64,000 bases of DNA from Alphaproteobacteria bacterium MarineAlpha5_Bin7 (lineage in GTDB: Bacteria; Pseudomonadota; Alphaproteobacteria; HIMB59; GCA-002718135), in NCBI GenBank assembly GCA_002938195.1, contig PTKX01000003.1, positions 5,454-69,453 of the forward strand. Reading direction: 5' to 3'. A program made the translations under genes and the position numbers. Below are positions 21,210-31,255 of the stretch, piece after piece. Within the stretch, counting starts at the first letter, position 1. Each line of letters opens with the position of its first letter. The notes under the pieces are model-generated. The model did not search any database. It saw only the letters and a program-made list of their open reading frames with translations, and was not told the origin of the DNA.

Positions 21210-22270
21210 TAAATTCAGGTGCATTGCTTGAAATAAAAATTAATAATTTAATTTACAATTATAAAATATTTTCTAAATTAGCTAAAAATTCAATAACAGC
21301 AGCTACTATTAAAGCTAATGCGTATGGCTTAGGAGATTTGAAAATATTTAAAACTTTATTTGATAAAGGATGTAGGAATTTTTTTGTTGCCACAACAGAA
21401 GAAGCCCTGAAAATAAAGGAAAGATATACCTATGGTAAAATTTATGTACTTAATGGAATAAATGAAAAAGAAATAGGATATATTAGGAATAAAAAAATTA
21501 TTCCAGTGATTAATTCACTAGAAAATCTAAATTTATTTGATCATAAAGAAAATAAAAAATTAGAAATTGCAATACATATTGATACAGGAATAAATAGATT
21601 AGGAATTAATGAAGATGATATTCCAAAAATAAATTTTGATAAATATAATATAGATTTATTGATAAGTCATTTGGCTAGTGCGGATGAAATAAATAATAAA
21701 TATAATCAAATACAACAAAAAAAATTCGAAAAAATATCAAAAAAATTAAATTTCATTAAAAATAAAAGTCTATCTAATTCATTGGGCACTTTAATAAATA
21801 ATAAATTCCATTATACTATGATTAGACCTGGTATCGCTTTATATGGAGGTTATTATAATAACTTAAAATTAAAAAAATTAATTAAACCAGTGGTAAAATT
21901 AAAAGCAAAAGTAATACAAATAAAAAAACTTAAAAAAAACCAATTTGTTGGTTATAATCAAACTTTCAAAACATCTAAAATAACTACTATAGCACTATTG
22001 GGTATAGGTTATGCTGATGGAATATCAAGAAAACTAAGTAATAAAGGGAAAGTATATTACAAGGATAAAAGTTTTAATATAATTGGAAGAGTCTCAATGG
22101 ATACAATAACTATAGACATAACCAAACATAAAAATATTATCAAGAAAGATGTATATATGGAAATTATCAATTACAAAAATGATATTGAAAAATTAGCTAA
22201 ACAATGTGAAACTATAAGTAATGAAATCTTAACCTCAATATCTAACAGAGTAAAAAGAATATATGTATAA
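21206..22270 (+). CDS. alr: alanine racemase
   Basis: 354 aa with the PLP-lysine context IKANAYGLG and IRPGIALYG. It overlaps the dnaB stop in an ATGA junction. Confidence 0.9.
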   Translation: MINSGALLEIKINNLIYNYKIFSKLAKNSITAATIKANAYGLGDLKIFKTLFDKGCRNFFVATTEEALKIKERYTYGKIYVLNGINEKEIGYIRNKKIIPVINSLENLNLFDHKENKKLEIAIHIDTGINRLGINEDDIPKINFDKYNIDLLISHLASADEINNKYNQIQQKKFEKISKKLNFIKNKSLSNSLGTLINNKFHYTMIRPGIALYGGYYNNLKLKKLIKPVVKLKAKVIQIKKLKKNQFVGYNQTFKTSKITTIALLGIGYADGISRKLSNKGKVYYKDKSFNIIGRVSMDTITIDITKHKNIIKKDVYMEIINYKNDIEKLAKQCETISNEILTSISNRVKRIYV

Positions 22271-22276
22271 GAAAAT

Positions 22277-24715
22277 ATGAAAAATATCTTTCTTTGGCCA
22301 TACAAATTTTTATTAATTATATTTTCATTGATAATAATAATTTTTTTTATATATAATATTTCAAGTTTTAAACTTGATGCTTCATCAGATACATTAATCC
22401 TACAAAATGATGAGAGTTTTAAATTTTTTAATTTTTATAATGAAATCTTTCCTTCAAAGAATTTTTTAGTATTAGCAATAAAATCACAAAATAAAATTGA
22501 TAATGATTATATTAAAACAATATCCAGCTTAAAAGAAAAATTATTGAAGATTGAAGGAGTAGATACAATATTTTCTATTGTAGATGTTCCTATATTATTT
22601 TTAAATAACACAAAACTCTCAGATTTAAATCCAAATAACATTGAGACTATTAATAATAGCAATTATGAATTAAATAAAATACTAGATGAATTTTCAACAA
22701 ATCCATTGTTTGTTAATCAAATAATAAATTCTAACCAAACAGTAACTTCAATGATCATTAATTTAGATAACAATGAAGAATTATATAACTTAAAAAAATT
22801 AAAAAATAATTTTAAAGGTGATAATTCTGAATTTTTATTAATTAATAAAAATTATCGTGAAGCTAAAGAAAATTATAATTTTAAAAGAAAAATATTGATT
22901 AAAGAAATCAGGGATAATTTAAAAAATCAAAGTATTAAATATAGATACTTTTTAGGTGGTATTGACATGATCGCCGATGATACCCTGAATTTTATCAAAA
23001 AAGATATAATTGTTTTTAGTATATCGGTAATAATTTTTATATTTTTAGTTTTATTTATTATTTTTAGAAGTTTTAAATGGGTCATTATACCAATTATATC
23101 ATCGCTTTATGCAATTGTTAGTATGATAGGATTAATAGGATTTTTAAACTGGGAAGTAACAGCAATATCTTCTAATTTTATTTCTCTAATGCTCATATTA
23201 TCTATATCAATGAGTATTCACATAATTAACAATTATAAAAATAATGACTCAAAAATTGAATATGATGAAAGATTAATTGTATCGCTTAAAAATATGTTTT
23301 GGCCATGTTTTTATACGGCATTAACTACCATAGTTGCATTTGCATCTCTTTTATTTTCAGACATAAAACCTGTAATTGATTTTGGAAAAATTATGATAAT
23401 TTCCTTAATTGTTATATTTTTTACAGCTTTTACAATTTTACCATTACTAATTTCTTTATTTCCAAAAATTGAAAATAATAAAAAAAAAGAATTTTTTCTC
23501 CTATCTAAATTTTATACTATTTCAATTAATCATCAATTTAAAATTTATTTAATTAATATTATTTTTTTTATCGTAAGTATTTTTGGAATTTATAAATTAA
23601 ATGTTGAAAATAGTTTTATAAATTATTTTAAAAAAAATACTGAAATTTATCAAGGTATGAAAATAATTGATGAAGAATTAGGTGGCACAACACCTCTAGA
23701 TATAGTTATTAAATTTAAAGATAATTCAGAATTTGAACAAGATAATAATATATCTACAAATGAAGGGGATGATATTGATTTAGATATAGATGATGATCTA
23801 ATTTTAAATGACGAACTATTTGCAGAAGAAATTAATGATGAAAATAATCTTTCTAACTGGTTATCAGATGAAAAATTATTATCAATAGAATCAATACATA
23901 ATTACTTAGATAATAAAAAAGAAATTGGTAAAGTCCAATCCATTTATTCATTAATTGATATTGCTGAAAAAATTAACAAATCTCCTCTAAGTAATTTTGA
24001 ACTTTCAATTTTATACAATGAAATACCTCAAAATTATAAAGAACAACTTATTTTTCCTTTTTTATCTATTAATAAAAATATGATAAAAATTACAGCAAGA
24101 GTAAAAGATTCTGAAAAAATTGAACGGGAAAATCTGATTGATGATATAGAAAATTATTTAAATAATAATTATGATAATTTTCAAAGTGCTAATGTCAATG
24201 GACTATTGGTACTGTATAATAATATGTTACAATCTCTATTTAGCTCTCAAATTAAATCATTAGGTTTTGTAATCTTATCAATTTTTGTTATGTTTATAAT
24301 ATTATTTAAATCGTTAAAACTTAGTATTATTGGAATAATTCCAAACATTTTTGCTTCATCATTTATTTTAGGATTTATTGGAATTTTTAATATTCCTTTA
24401 GATATAATGACTATAACAATAGCTGCAATTACAATAGGTATTGCTGTAGATAATACTATACATTATTTATATAAGACTAAAAAAAATATTAATGATAAAA
24501 TGAAAATAAATGATTCATTAAAAAATTCCCATAAAACTGTAGGACAAGCTGTTTTAACTACTTCACTAACTATAGCTTTTGGTTTTTCTGTATTAACATT
24601 ATCAAACTTTATACCTACAATATTATTTGGTCTATTTACTGCTTTAGCTATGATAGTTGCTATGTTAGGTGTATTAATAACATTACCTGCTGCTTTATCT
24701 AAAAATAATATATGA
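22277..24715 (+). CDS. RND-superfamily transporter of the MMPL/HAE3 (HpnN-like) type
   Basis: 812 aa built as two repeats of (TM + soluble domain + 5 TM). The second soluble domain contains an acidic stretch (GDDIDLDIDDDLILNDELFAEEINDEN). Confidence 0.75.
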   Translation: MKNIFLWPYKFLLIIFSLIIIIFFIYNISSFKLDASSDTLILQNDESFKFFNFYNEIFPSKNFLVLAIKSQNKIDNDYIKTISSLKEKLLKIEGVDTIFSIVDVPILFLNNTKLSDLNPNNIETINNSNYELNKILDEFSTNPLFVNQIINSNQTVTSMIINLDNNEELYNLKKLKNNFKGDNSEFLLINKNYREAKENYNFKRKILIKEIRDNLKNQSIKYRYFLGGIDMIADDTLNFIKKDIIVFSISVIIFIFLVLFIIFRSFKWVIIPIISSLYAIVSMIGLIGFLNWEVTAISSNFISLMLILSISMSIHIINNYKNNDSKIEYDERLIVSLKNMFWPCFYTALTTIVAFASLLFSDIKPVIDFGKIMIISLIVIFFTAFTILPLLISLFPKIENNKKKEFFLLSKFYTISINHQFKIYLINIIFFIVSIFGIYKLNVENSFINYFKKNTEIYQGMKIIDEELGGTTPLDIVIKFKDNSEFEQDNNISTNEGDDIDLDIDDDLILNDELFAEEINDENNLSNWLSDEKLLSIESIHNYLDNKKEIGKVQSIYSLIDIAEKINKSPLSNFELSILYNEIPQNYKEQLIFPFLSINKNMIKITARVKDSEKIERENLIDDIENYLNNNYDNFQSANVNGLLVLYNNMLQSLFSSQIKSLGFVILSIFVMFIILFKSLKLSIIGIIPNIFASSFILGFIGIFNIPLDIMTITIAAITIGIAVDNTIHYLYKTKKNINDKMKINDSLKNSHKTVGQAVLTTSLTIAFGFSVLTLSNFIPTILFGLFTALAMIVAMLGVLITLPAALSKNNI

Positions 24716-25257
24716 ATTTAATAAATATAATTTTTCCATTAGATTACATAATTTTAACAATAACATTACTCATTATAATTTTTAGTGCTTTCAAAGGTTT
24801 TATTCAATCATTACTTGGATTAATGACTTGGGTTGGATCTATAATTATTACTCTATACTCATATGATAGTTTTGCTAATTATATAAATAATCAACTATAC
24901 AAAATAAATTTTTTTCAAAATTATGATTTCTTAACTAACGTACTCAGTATTATAATTGCAATTCCAATAATTTTTTTAATATCTCTTTTTATATTGAAAA
25001 GAATAAGAAAAATATTGAGTTCAGATTTAGATAAACAAATTTTTGGAATAATAATAGATAAATTTTTTGGCATTATTTATGGAATAGCTTTTTCATATAT
25101 TATATTTTCATCTTTAATATTTGCCTTAGAAAAATTTAATTTGAATGATTTAAATCAATGGTTATTAATAAACTCAGAAATTTTGAATAATATTTTTATA
25201 GTAAACCAAGAATATATTTATAATTTAATACCAAATAATAACGAAAATAATTTTTAG
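24712..25257 (+). CDS. cvpA: CvpA family membrane protein
   Basis: 181 aa with 4 TM helices and a CvpA-like N-terminus (DYIILTITLLIIIFSAFKGFIQS). It overlaps the upstream stop in an ATGA junction. Confidence 0.78.
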   Translation: MNLINIIFPLDYIILTITLLIIIFSAFKGFIQSLLGLMTWVGSIIITLYSYDSFANYINNQLYKINFFQNYDFLTNVLSIIIAIPIIFLISLFILKRIRKILSSDLDKQIFGIIIDKFFGIIYGIAFSYIIFSSLIFALEKFNLNDLNQWLLINSEILNNIFIVNQEYIYNLIPNNNENNF

Positions 25258-26565
25258 TTAAATATATGGATTTTTTTCTTTTGAAAATTTTAAAATAGTT
25301 TTACGATTTAAGATTTTAAAATTTTTATTAAAATCATTTATCAAATATTTTCTATAATCTTTTCTAATTTTATTAGCAAAATTACAAAAGATTTTAATAA
25401 TTATTGGATTATTGTTTATTTGAACAACATATTTAAAATTAATTCTTTTTTTATTAACTAAAGGATGATTCTTTTTATTAACTGCTTTTTTAAGCCAAGA
25501 ATTTAATAAATTAGTTTTGAAATCATGTTTATTAGATAAAATTTGTTTATATATATATTCAATTACAATTTTTATATCCTTTTTTAATAAAGCTGAAATA
25601 AAAAAAATTTTTATATTATATAATTGATTAACTTGTTCAGTAATATTAAGAATATTTTCTTTTATATATAACTTTTTATTTTTAATTAAATCAATTTTAT
25701 TAAAAACAATAATAACATTAGCTGCTTTTTTTGTAACAATATTTATAATATTCTTATCTTGTCTGTTCATGCCCTCAGAAGAATCAAGTAATATTATAGC
25801 AAGATCAATTTTTATTAAATTTTCAAATGTTTTTTTTGTTGTATAATAATCTAAGCTTTTTTTAATAATTTTAGATTTTTTTTGGATACCAGCAGTATCA
25901 ATTATTTTAATATGTTTTTTTTTATAATAAAAATCAGAAATTACATGATCTGATGTAGTTCCAGCTATTTTGTTAGTATTAGATCTCTGATATCCTAATA
26001 AATTATTTAAAAAAGTACTTTTTCCAACATTTGGCTTACCAAATATAGCAATTGTATTATCAAATTTAATCTTAGAAGTGTTGCTTTTAATTTTAATTTT
26101 TTTCAAATAGTCAATTAAATCACTAAAACCATACTTATGAGAGCATGATAAAAAAAATGTATTATCTATAGCATATTTATAATATTCATTATTTGGTTCA
26201 TTTTGAAAATTATCAAATTTATTTATTAATAATATAATATTTTTATTATAAGATCTTAGTTTATTGAGTGAATTATAATCATCTTGATTAAAAATAGATT
26301 TATAATCAATAACATATAAAAATAAATCAATTTTTTTTAATAAATTTTTAAAAATATTATTTGTTTCGAAAATATTAATTTTATTTTCAAATGATATGCC
26401 AGGACAATCATATATATAAATATTTGGAAGTTTATATAGTTCAGAAACATGCCAATCCCTAGTTGTGCCACCTATATTATGAACAATGTTTGAATTAGTT
26501 TGACTCAAAATATTGTAAATAGAGGATTTGCCAACATTTTGTTTGCCAATTAATAAACAATTCAT
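25258..26565 (-). CDS. der: ribosome-associated GTPase Der (EngA)
   Basis: 435 aa with two tandem GTPase domains (GKQNVGKSS...DCPG; GKPNVGKST...DTAG...NKID) and a KH-like C-terminus. Confidence 0.93.
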   Translation of the reverse strand: MNCLLIGKQNVGKSSIYNILSQTNSNIVHNIGGTTRDWHVSELYKLPNIYIYDCPGISFENKINIFETNNIFKNLLKKIDLFLYVIDYKSIFNQDDYNSLNKLRSYNKNIILLINKFDNFQNEPNNEYYKYAIDNTFFLSCSHKYGFSDLIDYLKKIKIKSNTSKIKFDNTIAIFGKPNVGKSTFLNNLLGYQRSNTNKIAGTTSDHVISDFYYKKKHIKIIDTAGIQKKSKIIKKSLDYYTTKKTFENLIKIDLAIILLDSSEGMNRQDKNIINIVTKKAANVIIVFNKIDLIKNKKLYIKENILNITEQVNQLYNIKIFFISALLKKDIKIVIEYIYKQILSNKHDFKTNLLNSWLKKAVNKKNHPLVNKKRINFKYVVQINNNPIIIKIFCNFANKIRKDYRKYLINDFNKNFKILNRKTILKFSKEKNPYI

Positions 26566-27815
26566 TGTTGTTTAAAAAAAATTCTTTTAGTATTATTTTG
26601 ATTGATAATGATATAGTTATTTAATAAATCAATAGATTCTATATTTTTTATCTTTAAATCATATTTTTTTAAAAATACTCCATATTGAGCATCAAAATAT
26701 AAAATTTGACCATTATTAAAGAAAATAATAATCATATTATCTTGGTTAATTATCTTTTTAATTAATAAATTTTCATTAATGAGTTCTGATAAATCTGTTT
26801 GCCAGAAAATATTTTCATTTATTAAATTATGTGCAAACATTATATTATTTTGATCAATAGTAATTAATGCGTTATCAATAAAATCAAAAGATCTGATATT
26901 ATCAATATTAAATTTCTCGAGAATAAATTCGTTTTTATTTAAATCATAGGTGTATAAATATTTTTTATTAACAAAAAATGAAATTGTGTTTTCATATTTA
27001 TGGAAAAAATATTTATTTTCAAAATAACTTTGTTCCGGAACAAGATTTGTGAATGTTGAATTATTTTTAGTTGATATTAAAGTGTCAATTTCTCCTAGTC
27101 GTCCATTTGGTAATAAAAAATATAAAATATTATTAAATGAAGTTATTGAACCTCTTTGAGTATTTAATCTATTATTATTTTCATAGGTAAAATTCCAATT
27201 AAATGATCCATTATTTATATTAACTGCATATATTTTATTACTGGTTAATAGAATAATATTTTTATCATGAATTTTAATTGGCGTTTTTATAATATCATTT
27301 ATTTGAATTTGCCAAATAATATTACCATCAATATCAAATTTTACTAATGTACCATCTGAATAAGATGTTATAAATAAATTATCAATAAAGGAAATAGAAG
27401 TTGGATAAGAAAATTCATTACTTAAATTAATATTTAATTTAATTTTATTTATTATATCCCCACTAATTGAGTCATAAATTTTTAAATTTGATTTATAATC
27501 AAAATCATAAATTAAATTATCGATAATAAATATAGTTAATGGAAGATGATTTTCGTTAAAATGAGTATTGTAAGTTAAATGCTTATAGGTATTTAAATCT
27601 TTATTTAATATAAAATTATTTTTGGGATTATAATAATCATAATAATTGTTTATTGAATCTTTTTTTGAAGTTTTAATCTTATAATTTTGCTCTACTGAAT
27701 ACTCAACAACTGATACAATAGGTTCACTATTATTAAATCTTTCAATTGATTTACAAGATAATAAAGTAAGGAATATTAATATGAATAAATAATTAATTAT
27801 ATTTTTCAAATTCAT
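26562..27815 (-). CDS. bamB: outer membrane assembly lipoprotein BamB-like (PQQ-like beta-propeller)
   Basis: 417 aa with a lipoprotein signal and lipobox LLSC, plus repeated propeller blades (G.IIW, FNW). It follows the conserved yfgM-bamB-der order. Confidence 0.7.
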   Translation of the reverse strand: MNLKNIINYLFILIFLTLLSCKSIERFNNSEPIVSVVEYSVEQNYKIKTSKKDSINNYYDYYNPKNNFILNKDLNTYKHLTYNTHFNENHLPLTIFIIDNLIYDFDYKSNLKIYDSISGDIINKIKLNINLSNEFSYPTSISFIDNLFITSYSDGTLVKFDIDGNIIWQIQINDIIKTPIKIHDKNIILLTSNKIYAVNINNGSFNWNFTYENNNRLNTQRGSITSFNNILYFLLPNGRLGEIDTLISTKNNSTFTNLVPEQSYFENKYFFHKYENTISFFVNKKYLYTYDLNKNEFILEKFNIDNIRSFDFIDNALITIDQNNIMFAHNLINENIFWQTDLSELINENLLIKKIINQDNMIIIFFNNGQILYFDAQYGVFLKKYDLKIKNIESIDLLNNYIIINQNNTKRIFFKQQ

Positions 27816-28401
27816 ATATTTTTTTAACTCTTAATTTAATTGAAGGTGGGATTTTTTCATTGTTTGTTATTTCACTGTATATAATTTCTTTTTCTTCGTC
27901 CAAATTATCTAATATTGATAAAAGAAAAAGTATTTCTTTCTTATAACCAATAAAGGATTCTATGGTATCATCAACATAAGATAATAAATTATATATTTTA
28001 CTACTGTCAATTAAATTTAATAAGTCATAAGATGCATTAATAGCAATTAATGTTTTATACAAATTGTCTAAATCTTTACTTGTTATCAAATCAATATATT
28101 GATTATAGACTGAATCGTAATTATCATTAGTGTAATTTTCATTAATAATTTCCATTGAAGCAAGTAGTGAATAAAAACCTTTGTCGGATTGTATAGCAGT
28201 CATTTCATTATAGAAATCATCTTTTGAAGCAATTTGCTTAGAATTGTAAAATTGAATACTTTGTTTTAATATTTTATTTTTATTATAAAATATATAAACT
28301 TGAGATAGAATTAATATTAAAATTAAAAGTGAAAATAAATATATAATCTTTTTTTTATTTTCTTTAGTTAAATTAATAAGTTGATTAAAAATATTATTCA
28401 T
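27793..28401 (-). CDS. YfgM-like membrane-anchored TPR-like protein
   Basis: Single N-terminal TM helix (IIYLFSLLILILILSQVYIF) followed by a helical domain, located upstream of bamB-der. I place the start at the internal Met (28401), which gives an 8-nt ATGAATAA overlap. The track start is 28428. Confidence 0.55.
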   Translation of the reverse strand: MNNIFNQLINLTKENKKKIIYLFSLLILILILSQVYIFYNKNKILKQSIQFYNSKQIASKDDFYNEMTAIQSDKGFYSLLASMEIINENYTNDNYDSVYNQYIDLITSKDLDNLYKTLIAINASYDLLNLIDSSKIYNLLSYVDDTIESFIGYKKEILFLLSILDNLDEEKEIIYSEITNNEKIPPSIKLRVKKIYEFEKYN

Positions 28402-28954
28402 TATTTTTCCATTTAATTGAACAGCCAAAACTATTAAATTGCTTTATTGGACCTTTATTAGTATCTGATATTAGTTTCATAGCTTCATACAAATCTCTTT
28501 TAATAATTTTTTTTTTATCTTTTATATCTAAAGTGTGTATTCTGCCTCTATAATGTAATTGTAAACGCTGATTGAATCCAAAAAAATCTGGGGTACATTC
28601 AGCTCCATATTTTTTGGCAACTTCTTGGTTTACGTCATATAAATAATGGAATTTAAATTTATGTTCAATTGAGAATTTTTTCATATTGTCATATGAATCA
28701 TCTGGGTAACTTTCCACATCATTAGACATAATTGCTATTAAATTAACCTCTATTTTTTTTAATTCATTTGCTTCATAAGCAAGTTTATCAACTATTTCTA
28801 TAACATAAGGACAATGATTACATATAAAAACTATTACGGTACCTTTTTTTCCTTTAAGTTCATTTAAAGTGTAAAAAGCATTATCGACTGATAACAATCG
28901 AAAATTGCTAGCAGTCCAGTTAAAATCGCATTCTGAACTATTTACAACAGGCAT
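28394..28954 (-). CDS. thioredoxin-fold protein, peroxiredoxin-like (PRX_like1 type)
   Basis: 186 aa with the CxxC centre in VIVFICNHCPYV and a redoxin-like architecture. Confidence 0.78.
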   Translation of the reverse strand: MPVVNSSECDFNWTASNFRLLSVDNAFYTLNELKGKKGTVIVFICNHCPYVIEIVDKLAYEANELKKIEVNLIAIMSNDVESYPDDSYDNMKKFSIEHKFKFHYLYDVNQEVAKKYGAECTPDFFGFNQRLQLHYRGRIHTLDIKDKKKIIKRDLYEAMKLISDTNKGPIKQFNSFGCSIKWKNNE

Positions 28955-28976
28955 AATTTTTTGATATATTAATTAA

Positions 28977-29309
28977 ATGAAATCTCTATCATTTGATAAG
29001 TCATTTAACAATTCTAAATTATTTTTTTCTAAAAATGAATTAAGTAAAATATTATCATGTTATTCATTAGGAGTTTCAAGAGGAAACTGGAAAGATTATG
29101 CAATTAATTTTAGCAAAAATGAAGCCAGTTTTCTTATGTTTAAAAATACTGTTGGTTTTCCTGATTGCGTTTTAACAAAATCCTTAAGAAATAAAAAAAA
29201 CAAATTTATTTATAAATTACAATCTAATCATCATTCAAAAAATAATAATTTTAATCATATTGATGAACTTTTAATAATTTTAAAAAGAAAAAACTTAAAA
29301 ATTATTTAA
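28977..29309 (+). CDS. small conserved hypothetical protein (DUF2794-like)
   Basis: 110 aa. FSKNELSKILSCYSLGVSRGNWKDYAINFSKNEASF resembles the alphaproteobacterial DUF2794 pattern (EL..IL..YG..V..GEWRDYAID). Confidence 0.6.
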   Translation: MKSLSFDKSFNNSKLFFSKNELSKILSCYSLGVSRGNWKDYAINFSKNEASFLMFKNTVGFPDCVLTKSLRNKKNKFIYKLQSNHHSKNNNFNHIDELLIILKRKNLKII

Positions 29310-29898
29310 TTTTGAAAAAATTTTTTCCTATAATATATATTTCGGTTGAATCTTTTCTTGAAGAATTTGGTTTAAAATATTCAACTTTTCTATAATTTTT
29401 TTTTAATACTGAGATTATATTTTTTTCCTCAATCCCTTTAAATATTTTTAAAATTAAACTACTATTTTTTTTTGCTATAATATCTAATATTGAAATTATA
29501 TATTCTATCATCGACGATATTTGTAAATGATCAGTTTGCTTATGCCCAGTTGTATTGGGCGCTAAATCAGATAATATAATATCATATTTTTTATTTAAAG
29601 AATTGAAATCAAATAAAAAAAAATCTTTTTTATAAAATTTTACATTTTGATGCTTGTATTTCATATCAATAATATCAAATGCATCAATTTTTGATTTTTC
29701 GTTAATTTTGAGAATAACTTGAGTCCAGCTTCCTGGTGATGAGCCTAGTTCAAGTATATCATTTGACTTTAATATTAGTTTGTATTTGTTGTCTATTTCG
29801 ATAAGTTTATAAGCAGCTCTTGATAAAAAACCTATCTTTTTTGCTTTTTTAACATATATGTCCTTATATTGTCTTTCTAACCATCTTTTAGATTTCAT
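29302..29898 (-). CDS. rlmE: 23S rRNA (uridine2552-2'-O)-methyltransferase RlmE/FtsJ
   Basis: 198 aa with SRAAYKLIEID, the SAM site ELGSSPGSWTQV, and ILSDLAPNTTG. Confidence 0.9.
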   Translation of the reverse strand: MKSKRWLERQYKDIYVKKAKKIGFLSRAAYKLIEIDNKYKLILKSNDILELGSSPGSWTQVILKINEKSKIDAFDIIDMKYKHQNVKFYKKDFFLFDFNSLNKKYDIILSDLAPNTTGHKQTDHLQISSMIEYIISILDIIAKKNSSLILKIFKGIEEKNIISVLKKNYRKVEYFKPNSSRKDSTEIYIIGKNFFKIK

Positions 29899-29966
29899 AA
29901 AATAATTAATAATTAACCTTGAGATATTAATTCAAAGAAATATATAAACCTTTTATTTATAAAATA

Positions 29967-31244
29967 ATGAAAAAATCAATAATAGTAGCAATTTTAATCC
30001 TTTTATTAGTTATAGGCTGGTTTTTATCCGGTAGATTTTTCAATAGTTCAAAATATCAAAGTGAAAATTTTTCTAAAACAAATCAGGAAAGTGAAAATAT
30101 AAATAAAGATATAGAAAATTTAAATCAAATAATTGTTGAAACAAATGTTTCAAAATTTGAAACTATAGATCAATCAATTATTTTACAGGGTCAAACTATA
30201 TCAAATAGATCTATAGATATAAAAGCGCAAACAACTGGAAATGTAATAAAAAAATCTTTTAAAAGAGGAGATAATTTAAAAAAAGATGACATATTAATTA
30301 AAATATCCATGGAAGACAGAAATGAATTGCTAAATAGTTTGAAAAAAGAATTTAGTAAATTTAAAAAAGAAATTATTTTAGTAAAAGAAACAAAAGAAAA
30401 TAATATAATTAAAACAAATGAACAAATTAAATTATATGATGAACAAATAAAAGTTTATCAAATAGAATACAATACAGCCAAAGAATTAGTTGACAAAGGT
30501 TTGGGGTCTGAATCTAAATTAAATATCGCTTCCTTTAATTTGACTCAAGCTAAAACTAATTTGACTCAAGCTAAAACTAATTTAAATGAAATTGATATAA
30601 ATTATAAAACACAGTCAATCAATCTTGAATCTCAACTTGAAAATGTAAAATCAAAAATCAAGAATATAGAATTAGATATTAATAATACAATAATTAAAAC
30701 TCCTTTTAATGGAATTATACAAACTAGTTATGTAGAAGAAGGAGATTTTATACGACCTGGTGATATTATTGCTAATATAGTTGATTTAAATCCTATAAAA
30801 ATACAAGGTTATTTATCTGAATCAGATATAAATAAAATTAATATTGGTACAAACGCAATTATAATGATTTCCAATTCATTAAAAAAAGAAGGTAAAATTA
30901 CATTTATTTCACCTGTAGCTGAAACTAATACAAGAACATTTGAATTTATTATTGAAGCTGAAAACAATGATTTATTATTCAAAAGTGGTTTAACTACTTC
31001 AATTACTATTAATGTAGACTCTGTTAAAGCGCATAAAATTTCTCCTTCTATATTAACTTTAAAAGATGATGGTACAGTAGGAATAAAAGCTTTAAATGAA
31101 AAAAATAAAGTAGTTTTTTATTCTATCGAAAATGTAAAGGACACTGTTGATGGTATGTGGGTTAAAGGATTGCCTGAAGAAGTTACAATAATAACAAGTG
31201 GCCAAGAATACGTAAATGAAGGTCAAGTTATTGAAACTAAATAA
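29967..31244 (+). CDS. RND efflux periplasmic adaptor (membrane fusion protein, HlyD family)
   Basis: 425 aa with an N-terminal anchor helix, a lipoyl-like half motif (GQTISNRSIDIKAQTTGNV), a long coiled-coil hairpin, and beta-barrel and MP domains. It lies directly upstream of the RND permease. Confidence 0.85.
   Translation: MKKSIIVAILILLLVIGWFLSGRFFNSSKYQSENFSKTNQESENINKDIENLNQIIVETNVSKFETIDQSIILQGQTISNRSIDIKAQTTGNVIKKSFKRGDNLKKDDILIKISMEDRNELLNSLKKEFSKFKKEIILVKETKENNIIKTNEQIKLYDEQIKVYQIEYNTAKELVDKGLGSESKLNIASFNLTQAKTNLTQAKTNLNEIDINYKTQSINLESQLENVKSKIKNIELDINNTIIKTPFNGIIQTSYVEEGDFIRPGDIIANIVDLNPIKIQGYLSESDINKINIGTNAIIMISNSLKKEGKITFISPVAETNTRTFEFIIEAENNDLLFKSGLTTSITINVDSVKAHKISPSILTLKDDGTVGIKALNEKNKVVFYSIENVKDTVDGMWVKGLPEEVTIITSGQEYVNEGQVIETK
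30537..30583 (+). repeat. perfect 21-bp tandem duplication (2.2 copies) inside the adaptor coiled-coil
   Basis: aatttgactcaagctaaaact occurs at 30537-30557 and again at 30558-30578, followed by aattt. It encodes NLTQAKT NLTQAKT NL. Confidence 0.95.
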
Positions 31245-31255
31245 ACGAGAATATA

